Positions 50,701 to 60,147 of a DNA stretch of 64,000 bases are shown here, one piece after another (position 1 is the stretch's first letter; every line of letters starts with the position of its first letter). The stretch spans positions 1 to 64,000 of the forward strand of contig JAUCBJ010003629.1 in assembly GCA_032718475.1 (NCBI GenBank), written 5' to 3'. This DNA comes from Nemertoderma westbladi (lineage: Eukaryota; Animalia; Xenacoelomorpha). The position numbers and the translations under genes were made by a program. Below the pieces are notes generated by a model. That model was not told the DNA's origin. It ran no database searches and saw only the letters and a list, made by a program, of their open reading frames with translations.

Positions 50701-51412
50701 AAATGGCCGCTGCCGTCTCTATCAAACTGGGTGTCGAACAGGGTTTAATCTCCGTATACGGATCTAATGTCGTAACGGTCGGCGTAATGGGTCTCGGAGG
50801 TCGCTTTCCGCTGAAGTCGATACTGATCATCGGGTTGCTCATCGGGTAACCTCCCTCGTTGTATCTAAGGAATTGGTGAGCTGGACATCGCGTTAATATC
50901 GGTTCCGGATGTTGCTCGTCTAATCGGTCGGGAATCGCCATGTCCTGTTTATTCATGCATTCACCACACTTGTAGAAGAGCTTGTATACGCTGAAGACTT
51001 TCGGCGTCTCCTGATCCTCGCCTCGAGTCCTCCGATACAGATGCATTCCGTCGAACTGGTCTCGGACTGCAGGTAGAGGCTCCTCGTGTCGTAAATACAT
51101 ATTCATATGGTATAGTCGTGCGATTTCCTCGTCCGGATCTGCGCTAATGTCACACACGTCCAAAGCGAAGTCGTAGGGATACCGCGTGCGATACTCTCTC
51201 CGCAAGACTTCCATCCGGTCCCCCAACGCTCTCATTCTTTCTCTCCGTAATTCTTTATCATAACTTGGTTTATACTTCCCGTTCAGCTCCATCACAGACC
51301 GCCCATGGTAGTAAACGTTAGAGTCTTTACATCCTGGTCGCGTGAATGGTAGCTCCGCCTCCTCTCTGGCAGTAAATCCTCTGCGCGGTTGCGCTCTAAT
51401 ATCCCTCTCCAT
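47705..51412 (-). CDS. ORF3: 1235-aa protein with a DEDDy (WRN/EXD/mut-7-like) 3'-5' exonuclease-like domain and three CCHC zinc knuckles
   Basis: ExoI-like VMFYDNEG, CIQIRAADG, LPKKVREAILNQDYVKVGSGVQSDL (ExoII-like), FVDTKLL, KTGMGFIAHLLY and ExoIII-like W....P....YYLVLE. Knuckles CKLCGSTRHNLKSC, CRWCNETDHSFHTC, CGYCGVKGHRSARC. Basic RG-rich tail. No signal peptide or TM segment apparent. Confidence 0.75.
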   Translation of the reverse strand: MERDIRAQPRRGFTAREEAELPFTRPGCKDSNVYYHGRSVMELNGKYKPSYDKELRRERMRALGDRMEVLRREYRTRYPYDFALDVCDISADPDEEIARLYHMNMYLRHEEPLPAVRDQFDGMHLYRRTRGEDQETPKVFSVYKLFYKCGECMNKQDMAIPDRLDEQHPEPILTRCPAHQFLRYNEGGYPMSNPMISIDFSGKRPPRPITPTVTTLDPYTEIKPCSTPSLIETAAAISLYRAYKDLEARREAARDSGTKPAGLELSSPWTTFTSPHRVRSLTPEHQDDIDALRQEERAAKAKELFENRIAEYNKTADRHQEETRRVTGFVPQVVSQPGPVYYSDGTEPAILVDHPESREAIRFLPMVRMADHWNVDCLREVLCAKFLRDVPMQITDYDTLDKIGAPGKESKLFGWLDKYIKVWVAVATFPDDEEVDQTWLRRKGSYTRYDDHKAIERMWTPSDEIQRQWRKTEESLQDWRVMFYDNEGGSHQECLTSKCIQIRAADGVTHVFMRVRADRERPEPIITTQYRKGKDPREQILEVCRRGGMHGAERIDARMLPKKVREAILNQDYVKVGSGVQSDLESDFNAMTDLEDRLPRPFVDTKLLLLWAQDIGIYREYPNSAKTGMGFIAHLLYNWDFKLKTQKKYEEAYGEYNTPPGAEFKSHFKRQALVYWNICAPPRASLQYYLVLESNTVTCLLADIVARVLKRHPLVFGGDQYVRSKGGIQSDMMKRFLTQFFNQSLENTSMVRRGLAIFEGVYRQNIGDLGDRPSMEYPTPEALEKWFGNQTRGFGTPFHSEADRPVKEGWPETLVEVFGVDLPVEKTYPKRTREEILEIEDKGEDVYFVPDRQPLTGEDDIVLDIGKEGSAKPIGDLIYERAWFPQARRCKLCGSTRHNLKSCDAVIEAAHKVCRWCNETDHSFHTCTVFISQCGYCGVKGHRSARCQLRDDSFQNHSANLLREMLDKWESVADYHIQAQMRWLPFKAGYGFWAVDPSHVAYEPYLQSLPQYQELILTAQDLPQNTGVIVVREYFRQLNMDNKYTWNFVAICDRITKGVFTETRKVVRARGDWRMAAIQYRNEFLLTHVPVGSLTAERIQEQRIAATTATTAGAQGSRKEPGGGVQDKRQVKDDHYHSIIEAQRLQRKAQGASEKARVQLQKEELAEATTGARQLGRGRGRSSSRESVGAQGTSSSVPGSDASRTPSTESTRGRLVYLGRGRKRGASPKNPGAGR

Positions 51413-52169
51413 TATGTTACGCGTATATACATATATATATATCCCAATAAGTGCCGTTACGTAACCAACTACACTGTGGGTAAATCAGTTAGATGTCGCC
51501 GAAAGACAGACCTCCCGAACCCCCCCGCCTTCCAGCAGTTCAGGTTCGACTCTCTAGATCCCGTCTCTTCCTAACTAACTATCCTCTAACCTATTCCCAT
51601 GCATAGCGCAAAAACTTTGGAGATAAACTGGCCGTGACCAACTCACTTTTTGATGCCCAAACTACTCCCATTACTCGTACTAAACTACAGTAGTTAGAAA
51701 GGACCATAGCCACAATACTCGACTATACCAAACCCACAGGTTTGATAATCGAACATCACACATCCTGCAAACTACTGAGTGGGGTCCGTGCACGCCTCTG
51801 GTGCTACTAACCTTTAGCACCTTAGTTGCACTGTTGGCACCAATCTGTGGAAGTTGCTAAACTCAATTTACACTCCTACGTAATATAGCCGTCACCATGG
51901 TTTCTAAATGCTATTTTCCAGGCTTCACGACTTTTCAAATTACTGTTTATCTATAGACGAATTCAAAAACGCGTCTATACACAGCGTCTGGAATTGTCTT
52001 GGGTTCACTTCTAATTTTTAAAATTTTAAATTTTCCAAAATTTTTGAAAATAAAATTTTGTTTTGATACCCACCAGACAAAACTCAACGCAAATCACCAC
52101 AACCCCGCTCCTATGCATTTCCTTGTATTTGCATACGAGGAATGCATACGAAGTGAGTTGCGTCCAACA

Positions 52170-53657
52170 CTAATTCAGTTTTGAGGCAGGAGACAAATTA
52201 TAATCTCCCGTCTCGATACGTGTCTCCTCTAATAACACGATATCTTGGACCGGTCGGTCCAAGGTGTGTAAACCATTAGTTTTACACTTTTTTGGGTGCG
52301 GACACTTGCACCTAATTTTCACAGTGACTGTGCGCACTATGTTTTGCACGTCTGGGTGTGTGTGCAAGATCACTCCTGTCTCCCAATACTTTCTCTTGAC
52401 AATGGGTTCGGTTATCAACACGTAATCTCCCCTTTGGAGACTCCGAACCGTTTTGTACCACTTTGTTCTGGTGGATATGGTGGGAAGATAGTATTCCCGC
52501 CAATATTCCCAGAATGTGTACGCCACTAACTGTGTTACTTTCCAGCTCTTACGACTATATAGGTCGGCACTAATGGGTTCTGATGCCGGCACAAGAAATG
52601 CTGGACTCTGCATTAGCAAATGATTCGGCGTTAATGCAACACCGTCTGGCAACATAGCTATCGGCCTCGAGTTTAATGTATGCTCGATTTCAATGAAAGC
52701 TGTGACCAGTTCGTCGTCGGTAAGTTGTTTGTTCACAGGCAATGTTTTGGCAATGGCCTGCTTTACAGAGCGAACTAAACGCTCCCAACTTCCTCCTCTC
52801 CAAGGACTTTCTGGAGTATTAAATCTCCACTCTACTCGTTGCGGCAAAAGTGCTGCAGAAATTTCCTTATTCTGTGCTGCTTTATGAGCCACGTTCAACT
52901 CGCTATTCCCTCCGACAAAGTTTGTACCCTTATCGGAGTAGAACGCCTTTACTAGTCCTCTCCTGGCCATAAATCTCTTTAAGGCCAGGAGCAGAGATTT
53001 AGTCGACATGTCTGCCACACGCTCGATGTGTATGGCTCTACTCGCCATACATGTCAGTAGCAGACCCCATCGCTTGTGGGTCAGCCGTCCACTCTTTGCT
53101 TCAATCGGACCAAAACAGTCCACCCCTGTGTTCATAAAGGGTGGGTCATATGCCTGTACTCTCGCTTCCGGGAGTTCAGCCATCTCCTGTTCCAATACTC
53201 TGGCGTTCACTCTCTTGCAAACCAGACAGGCGTCGTACATAGTGCCTACTGCCCTGCTTGGCTGCAATAGAATGAATCGCTGTCTCGCTGCCGACAAACA
53301 GTGTAACCTTCCCGCGTGATGCAACCTCTTATGTATATCCCATAGAATCGCTCTTTGCAATTCCATTGGGTGACTAGGGATTATCACTGGGAACCGAAAC
53401 TGTGAGTTTATGTCGACAGTCTGGATTCTCGATCTATGACAAATTAAACCCTTATGGATTAACGGACTCCATTTTCTAAGGGGTTTATAGAGAACTGGTC
53501 GTTGAGCCGATAATAGATGGAATTCTTTCGGGAAGGCACACATTTGATAATGTTTCAAATGCTTTAATTCCGCTTGATCAATCTCATCCTCTGTCAGAGG
53601 TTGTTTCAATTTCCGAATTCGCTCACTATTGGTGCTCAATGGTTCTCTCAAATGTTT
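52170..53657 (-). CDS. pol: Integrase portion of pol (in frame with RT-RH, separated by one TAG)
   Basis: HHCC (HKRLHHAG...CLVC), GVDCFGP, YSDKGTNF, GGSWERLVRSVK, LTPNHLL, and the Pao C-terminal W..G....HP..VRTV..RPVQDIVLLE. Confidence 0.92.
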   Translation of the reverse strand, partial: KHLREPLSTNSERIRKLKQPLTEDEIDQAELKHLKHYQMCAFPKEFHLLSAQRPVLYKPLRKWSPLIHKGLICHRSRIQTVDINSQFRFPVIIPSHPMELQRAILWDIHKRLHHAGRLHCLSAARQRFILLQPSRAVGTMYDACLVCKRVNARVLEQEMAELPEARVQAYDPPFMNTGVDCFGPIEAKSGRLTHKRWGLLLTCMASRAIHIERVADMSTKSLLLALKRFMARRGLVKAFYSDKGTNFVGGNSELNVAHKAAQNKEISAALLPQRVEWRFNTPESPWRGGSWERLVRSVKQAIAKTLPVNKQLTDDELVTAFIEIEHTLNSRPIAMLPDGVALTPNHLLMQSPAFLVPASEPISADLYSRKSWKVTQLVAYTFWEYWREYYLPTISTRTKWYKTVRSLQRGDYVLITEPIVKRKYWETGVILHTHPDVQNIVRTVTVKIRCKCPHPKKCKTNGLHTLDRPVQDIVLLEETRIETGDYNLSPASKLN

Positions 53658-56600
53658 CTAATGTTTTAAACAAAGGTACGAAACGTATCGGCTTAACCAC
53701 GCAGTTCTTTTACAAATTGTCAGCCAAGAGGCAGACGAATTTAGTAATTTGTCATAAATACTGCATGACTCTAATGCCAGCGACGGTTGTCCGCTAACTA
53801 ATGGAAGTTTCGAATCCAAACCCGCAGGTTTGGAAACCAAAGGATCCATTATGTCGGTCATTTTCTGTCCGTCACTTACCAACTGTGACTCCGGTTTAGT
53901 CTGTAAGGGTGGTTTTATGTCATAACTTACCCTTCCTGACCTAGTAGTCACGTAAGTCTGTTGGTCTGACAGGTCTCCGGGCCGCTCCAATGACTCTTCA
54001 GGCCGCTCCAATGACTTAAGTTTGGCTTTAGACTTCGACTTAGAGACTTTCTCCACCTTGACTTCTGCATCTTCAGGCATCGGATTGGTCACTATCTTTA
54101 GTCGCTCTGGCCAATGTTCCTGTGTCCTTGTTAGAAAATCAGGTCCATGCAACCAAAACTCCTGCGACTCTTCCCGACAGAATTCCGCCGGCATTGCACC
54201 TCTCGAAGTTATGTCGGCCGGGTTCAACACTCCCGGACAATGTCTCCATTGTTCCTTCGTCGAAAAATCAACGATCTGAGCGCGTCTATTGGCCACAAAT
54301 GTCTTTAGTGCAATATTGTCGGCCGCAATGTATACTAACACCAAGGATGCGTCCGTCCAATAGAATAAGGTCAATGTCGTGTCTAACTCCTCTGTTATCT
54401 GCTTACTTACCTCGACTGAAACTACAGCCGCCTGTAACTCTGCACGAGGGACAGTCATGTATTTGACCGGCATTGTCTTTGATCTAGAAGTCACAAAGGC
54501 CGTCTCAAACTTGTCGTGACTTACCTCTCGGCGAAGGTAGGCTACCATACCAAAGCCGGTGTCACTTGCGTCACTGAATAGATGGAGTTCGAGATCAGCT
54601 GGGAATACCAGCTGATTCGGAAAGTAGGAACGGGGTACTTCTATATTTTTCAATAGATGCAACTCGGCTTCCCACTCCCTCCACTGCTTTGCATGTATAG
54701 GAGATATTGGTTCGTCCCACTCTAAGTCGGACAACCAAATTTTCCTCATGCACGCTCGTGCCTGTAATATTACCGGACTGATAAAGTTCATCGGGTCAAA
54801 TAGTCTACTTAAAGTCGATAAGCAAATTCTCTTTGTCAAAACTTTGTCTGGGCTACTGGGCTCAAATCTAACTCTTACCTGGAACTTATCCGAGTTCGGA
54901 TTCCAAGCGAGTCCCAGTACTCGCGCCATGGGGATTGGTTCTACCCCCAATTCTATGTCTCCGCTCCCGCGATCTTTTACCGGGAACGATTCTAATAGGG
55001 CCTCCGAATTAGTAGTGAACTTGGTCAGAGGAAATCCCCCTGTAGCCAAGCACTCTTGCAGGCCGTGAGCCACTTCTATGGCTTGTTCCGCTGTGTCCTT
55101 GGACACCAATCCGTCGTCCATATAGAAGTTTCTCAAGATGGACTCGATTACTTCTACTGGGTACTTACCAATCTGGGCTGTTGCCGTTTTCTTTAGAACG
55201 AACAGCGTGCCATTCGGACTATCGCGGGCGCCAAATATCCTAACGTACATTTGGTATGTAACCACTGGGCCGGATAAGTCTTCATTCTCAAACCAGAGAA
55301 ATCGAAGGCTATCCTGGTCTGCCTTACAGGCTCTTACCTGGTGGAACATCGCCTCGATGTCACAAGTAAATGCGAATCGCCGCTGTCTAAAACGCAACAG
55401 TATTCCAATCAAATAGTTATTCAGGTTGGGACCATCCATCAACTCTGAATTCAGGGACATACCTCTATAGACTGCTGCGCAGTCGTTGACTACTCGGACT
55501 TTGTCTGGCTTGTCAGGGTGAGTCACATAGTGGTGTGGAAGGTAATAAGTCTGGTCTGTCACTAAGTCAGGGTCCTCTACCTTCCCAGCAAATCCCTTGG
55601 CGAAATAGTTGTTGATCTGGGCGCAATACTTCTCCCTAATGTCCGGATTCTTCAACAACCGAGCCCTTACTCCGTTTAATCTTTTCAAGGCTAAGCTGTA
55701 GTTGTTCTCCAACTTAGGTGGTTGTCGACGCCACAACATTCCAACTTCAAAATGTCCAGTCGGTAGTAGACGTATGGTGTCTTCCATCATCTCCAACGAC
55801 CGTTTTTCATCAGTAGACATGGCTAGGTCATATCCACCGGGTTCCATTGCGTCCCTATCCAGCCATTCGACAGTTCTGGCTCCTGTCTCGAGGTCCTGGC
55901 GTATCAATTCCTTCTGTAATTCCTCCTCACTGTATTGGAAAATGTCTAGGTCTCGATATTTAGCCACTTGACCCTCCACTATGTCTGTATAAGTCAAAAC
56001 GTTAGTCAGATAAGTAGCGTGGGCCGCTGAACCAGACCCACGGGTCTGATAACAGTAGTCCTCGGGTTCACTATCTGTCCGGTCGTTGTGAAGCGGTTCC
56101 GACAACCTAACATTATCGGGAATCAACTCCTCGTCCGACTCGCTAAAGTCACTATAGTGGTCAATACAGGTTCTCCTAAACTCGTCTATGTCTGGTGGTT
56201 CTACTAACGGTGGTTGAGTTATAGGCTGTAATTCATCGTATCTGTCCATTGGCTTGTCGCCACCTGTAAACTCATAAGACATAGGTACTCGTGTATACCA
56301 ACCTAGTATAGTCCTATGGGCATGTGGTCCATTGACATGCGGCTCAGCTGGTCTCGTTTCCCATATCTGGTGTGCGATCAGCTGTTCTGCACCAATCAAC
56401 ATAGAAACATTCCTATAACCTACCTGATGTCTCGGTATTCTGAGCTTGTCAAAATACTCCTGTGCTATGGGACTCATCGGCGGCACCTTACCTAACTGCC
56501 TGCCGAATCCCTTCATAGCTAGACACTTACATCCGTCCAATGGCAAAGCTTTCCGTTCTTGTCGAGTGTGTTGGTCTCTCGGAAGTAGGGAATCTAGTTC

Positions 56601-56700
56601 TACCGAAATTCTGTGTCCCTTGAGGTCACCTACTCCGTGCATAGACTTCAACTCTATTTGGATCTCCTCGGCGTCCTGGAAGGACGCCGAGCTTGTCTCT
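53658..56700 (-). CDS. pol: Pol: protease C-terminal half, RT, RNase H
   Basis: YLPHHYV, KVRVVND, DIEAMFHQV, FGARDSP, FYMDDGL, RVLGLAW, LHLFSDAS, VPRAELQAA, YWTDAS, NPADITSRG. Confidence 0.93.
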
Positions 56701-58723
56701 CATATGATCCCTCTTCCGGTTTAACCCGGAAGTTCTCCGCCGAACTGGGTCGGCGCTCCGTCCGCGTATTCCAAACCCGCGGGTTCGGTTCGCCAAATAC
56801 TCGGCCCGTCGGAGTTTCTTCTCTAAATTCTCCGTTGTCACGTTCGGTATACAGTGGTGCGGCGTTCCGATGACGTAGATCCTGGGCGATGGGTGAAGCA
56901 CTAATACCAACTGGCGTGCGATATGTAGAGAACGGTTTAACGATCCGTGTACTCGTAATAGCTGGACCGGGTATAGGAATTCTGGTCGTCGTTGACTCGC
57001 GTATAGTCGGAGTTCTCGCTTCCTGTTCGGCCTTCTGCAGTGCGAACAGTTCTCGCAACTCTGTCCCCACACTCGCCCCACATTCTTCGAGCATTCGCAT
57101 CCCCTTCTCGGCGATTTCGTTCGCCTTCCTAGTCCGTTCTTCGCTCTCTAAACTTAATCTCGCACTTTCCAACTGCGCCAGTTTACGCTCTTCTTCTTCC
57201 CTCGCTCGTCTCGCTGCGCTCTCTTCTTCCACTCGCGCCTTTTCTTCATACAATGCGCGTCTTCTTTTCTCGATCTCGAGTTCGCGTTCCTTGCGTCCGC
57301 GTTCGAGTTGAAGCTCGCGCTCCTTCTGTTCACGATCGAGTTTCTTGCGCTCGCGTTCGGCTTGGAGTTCGCGTTTCTTCGCTTCCTGTTCGCGTTCGAG
57401 TTGGAGTTCGCGTTTCTTCGCTTCCCGTTCGCATTCAAGTTGGAGTTCGCGTTTCTTCGCTTCCCGTTCGCATTCGAGTTGGAGTTCGCGTTCTCTCTGT
57501 TCGCGTTCGAGTTCCTCGCGCTCGCGCTCGGCTTGGAGTTCACGTTCCCTTTGCTCGCGTTCCGCTCGCTCGCGCTTACTTATCTCTTCCAACTCTCGTA
57601 ACTCTGCGTCCAACTTACGTGTGCGCTCCCGTTCCCGCTCGGCTTCCTTCCGTGCTTCCTGTGCACGCAAAACTTCCGCCTGCTGTTCGTCTAGTCGGCG
57701 TCTTCTCTCCTCCGCCGAGTTGTGAGAAACAAGGGATCTAGCACATATTACCTTACCTCGCGCGTGACTAACCTGGGAATCGCCGCTGTCTCTAGATGCG
57801 TCGTCGGGTGGAGTCAACGTCCTCTGTTGAATGTTCTCCGTCGTCGGTAGCACCTGGCCTGGTACCACCACTCCATTCTGCATCAGCCAGCTAGTAACTT
57901 CCCTCTGATAACGGCGCTCTTCCTTATCTTGGATCTCTTCTCGCTCCACTAACTCTCTCAACTCTGCGTCACTCACTTGAGTCGCCTGCGTTTGTGATGC
58001 CCATAGCAGCCAGTTCTCCGTCCTAACTCGTCGGAATCGCTCCGATAACTCGCGGTGCTCTAACAAGGCTGCTAAAACCCTGTCGTAAATCCTCGTTGCT
58101 ACGTCGCTCGACTGAGACTCTACTGCCTTCTTCGCTAGGACTGCAAGCTCCTCTGTCTGCTTGAATAACGCTGAGTTATATCCTCTTCTAATCTCTACTA
58201 ACTCTACCCTCCCGATGTTCGCTGAATCAGCTAACATCTTCCTTACCTTGTCCGCCGTCCGAGTTATATGTCCGGCATGCGCGCGAAGTTTCTTCTTTAT
58301 CGCGATATCAAGTTCTCTCTCGCTCACCTGACTTACGCTCGGTGGACTTGAAGGATTATTTCGGGAACTACGGGTACTCCTAACAGCCGTCGGGACCACG
58401 GCACTTACCATACCCACAGGTCTGGAAACCGGGCTCCGGGCTCTCGCTTCTGCTACACTACCCTCCCTATCACTCACCTCTGTCCGGGTTGCTGTGCAAT
58501 CCTTCCTTACGGTAGCGGTAGGGGATCCTAATACTATTACCTGAGGCTGCTGTTCTTCCTCACTAGTCACTGTCTCGTCCTCCTGTTCACTTACGTCAGC
58601 GTCACTCGCTGCGTCGTCATAGTCGGCATTGTCATCAACAGTAATATTTACGCTATCGTCAGTCGGCGGTCCGGCCGCCGTCTCATAGCTGTCCTCTAGT
58701 GCCTCTTTGTCTGAGACACTCAT
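56654..58723 (-). CDS. gag: Gag N-terminal half (acidic N-terminus, long E/R coiled coil), lacking capsid and zinc-knuckle regions
   Basis: 689-aa ORF in the gag position with 11-aa repeats KKRELQLECEREA. No DUF1759-like or CCHC motifs before pol. Confidence 0.75.
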   Translation of the reverse strand: MSVSDKEALEDSYETAAGPPTDDSVNITVDDNADYDDAASDADVSEQEDETVTSEEEQQPQVIVLGSPTATVRKDCTATRTEVSDREGSVAEARARSPVSRPVGMVSAVVPTAVRSTRSSRNNPSSPPSVSQVSERELDIAIKKKLRAHAGHITRTADKVRKMLADSANIGRVELVEIRRGYNSALFKQTEELAVLAKKAVESQSSDVATRIYDRVLAALLEHRELSERFRRVRTENWLLWASQTQATQVSDAELRELVEREEIQDKEERRYQREVTSWLMQNGVVVPGQVLPTTENIQQRTLTPPDDASRDSGDSQVSHARGKVICARSLVSHNSAEERRRRLDEQQAEVLRAQEARKEAERERERTRKLDAELRELEEISKRERAEREQRERELQAEREREELEREQRERELQLECEREAKKRELQLECEREAKKRELQLEREQEAKKRELQAERERKKLDREQKERELQLERGRKERELEIEKRRRALYEEKARVEEESAARRAREEEERKLAQLESARLSLESEERTRKANEIAEKGMRMLEECGASVGTELRELFALQKAEQEARTPTIRESTTTRIPIPGPAITSTRIVKPFSTYRTPVGISASPIAQDLRHRNAAPLYTERDNGEFREETPTGRVFGEPNPRVWNTRTERRPSSAENFRVKPEEGSYERQARRPSRTPRRSK

Positions 58724-60136
58724 AGTCTAAATAATGTTTGCCTTCCGGCAAAATCTCGCAAAAGTTCGAGATATAATTATAATTTAACCGAAATACGGTC
58801 AAATTATTTGTCAAATAATCAGTTGGTCCAAATGTCAAATAAATTCGCAATGCAATATTGTGAATTTAATGGGGTATATAGTTATAGCAAATACTAGCAC
58901 AATATTTAAACAAAATATTATTGTATAGCTACTATATAGTATTAAATACCGGTATAGCACAAAATAACTCTGAATCTAATACAAAATATTCAAAATATAC
59001 TTGCCACCCGAATATTTCTAATTTTATATATATAGCTCCAATCAACGTAATTTTAATTTCAAATATTATATGTATCCACTAGCGCGTGGCTACATCTTCG
59101 GGTTGCGACTCTCTCTAACTCTCTCTCTAACTTGAGCGATTCAAAAAACCATGGCCGGCTAAACCTAAATATCCTAACTAATAAATTGAGTTCAGCTTCG
59201 CAGTTAAACAACCGGTAATTTTTTACTGCTTCCACAAACACAGTGGTGCCAACAGATCAACTAACCTTGTTTGCTGTGAGATTCCACGTCCGCGTCCAAA
59301 GATTCAGGCCCTTCGCTGATTGCAAACCGAACCCGCAGACCCACACGAACCCCAAACTCAGAAGTCCCGTCTTGCCATGTATCTCCAGATGGTATAAAAT
59401 AACTAAGCGGTTACCTAACATACCGGTACAAAACTCTAGAATTTTACAAAATAATTTTGACCGAAAACTGAATTCTCGCAAACCTAGCTAAAATTTTCAA
59501 AAAACTTACTAATTACTGTTTGCCCTAAGGCCTAAGGAACTGCTGTATTCGCAATTAGCAAAACGCACTACCGTACATCCACTGTATGCAGCACAGTAAG
59601 TAAAACAGTACACCAACCTAACAGCCTAATGATACTGTGTGTGGTACGGCAAACAAATGTCCTTCTACCGTACGCAGTAACAGCAATCAGCCTAATGTAC
59701 TACTGTACTATTGTACGCAGCCAGTGAATACAGTAATCTAAACTAACAACCTAATAGAATAAACTCAATGTCTTACTGTACGCTAGCCTATAGCCTACAG
59801 CAGACGATCACGTGCTCTAAACTTATTGCCTAATACTATAATACTACTATCAGCCTAAGAATACACTATTGACCGCTGCAAGCAACAGCCAATATCGCGT
59901 ACTACTGATACGAAGTATCAGTAATCTAAAGTAACAATAATCTAAGCTAACACAGCCTAAGAATACTCTATGTCTCACCGTACGCAGTACAGTACCTAAT
60001 ACAGTAATCTAATTCGTATTTACTGTACGCAGTACAGCAAAACAAAACGCGTATTACTGATACGAAGTATCAGTAATCTAAATTAACAGCCTAAGAATAC
60101 TCTATTTACTGTACGCTACAGCCTACAGCAAACAAA

Positions 60137-60147
60137 GCGCGTATTAC
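60137..60147 (-). promoter_or_regulatory. Non-tRNA PBS of C (GTAATACGCGC), pairs with LTR motif 61187-61197
   Basis: Abuts the LTR end ...TTTATCA. The minus-strand LTR motif GCGCGUGUUGC pairs over 11 nt with two G.U wobbles. Confidence 0.55.

Noticed and set aside
47705-51412. ORF3 as an envelope glycoprotein
   Set aside because: No signal peptide or transmembrane segment is visible, and the motifs point to a soluble nucleic-acid-binding protein.
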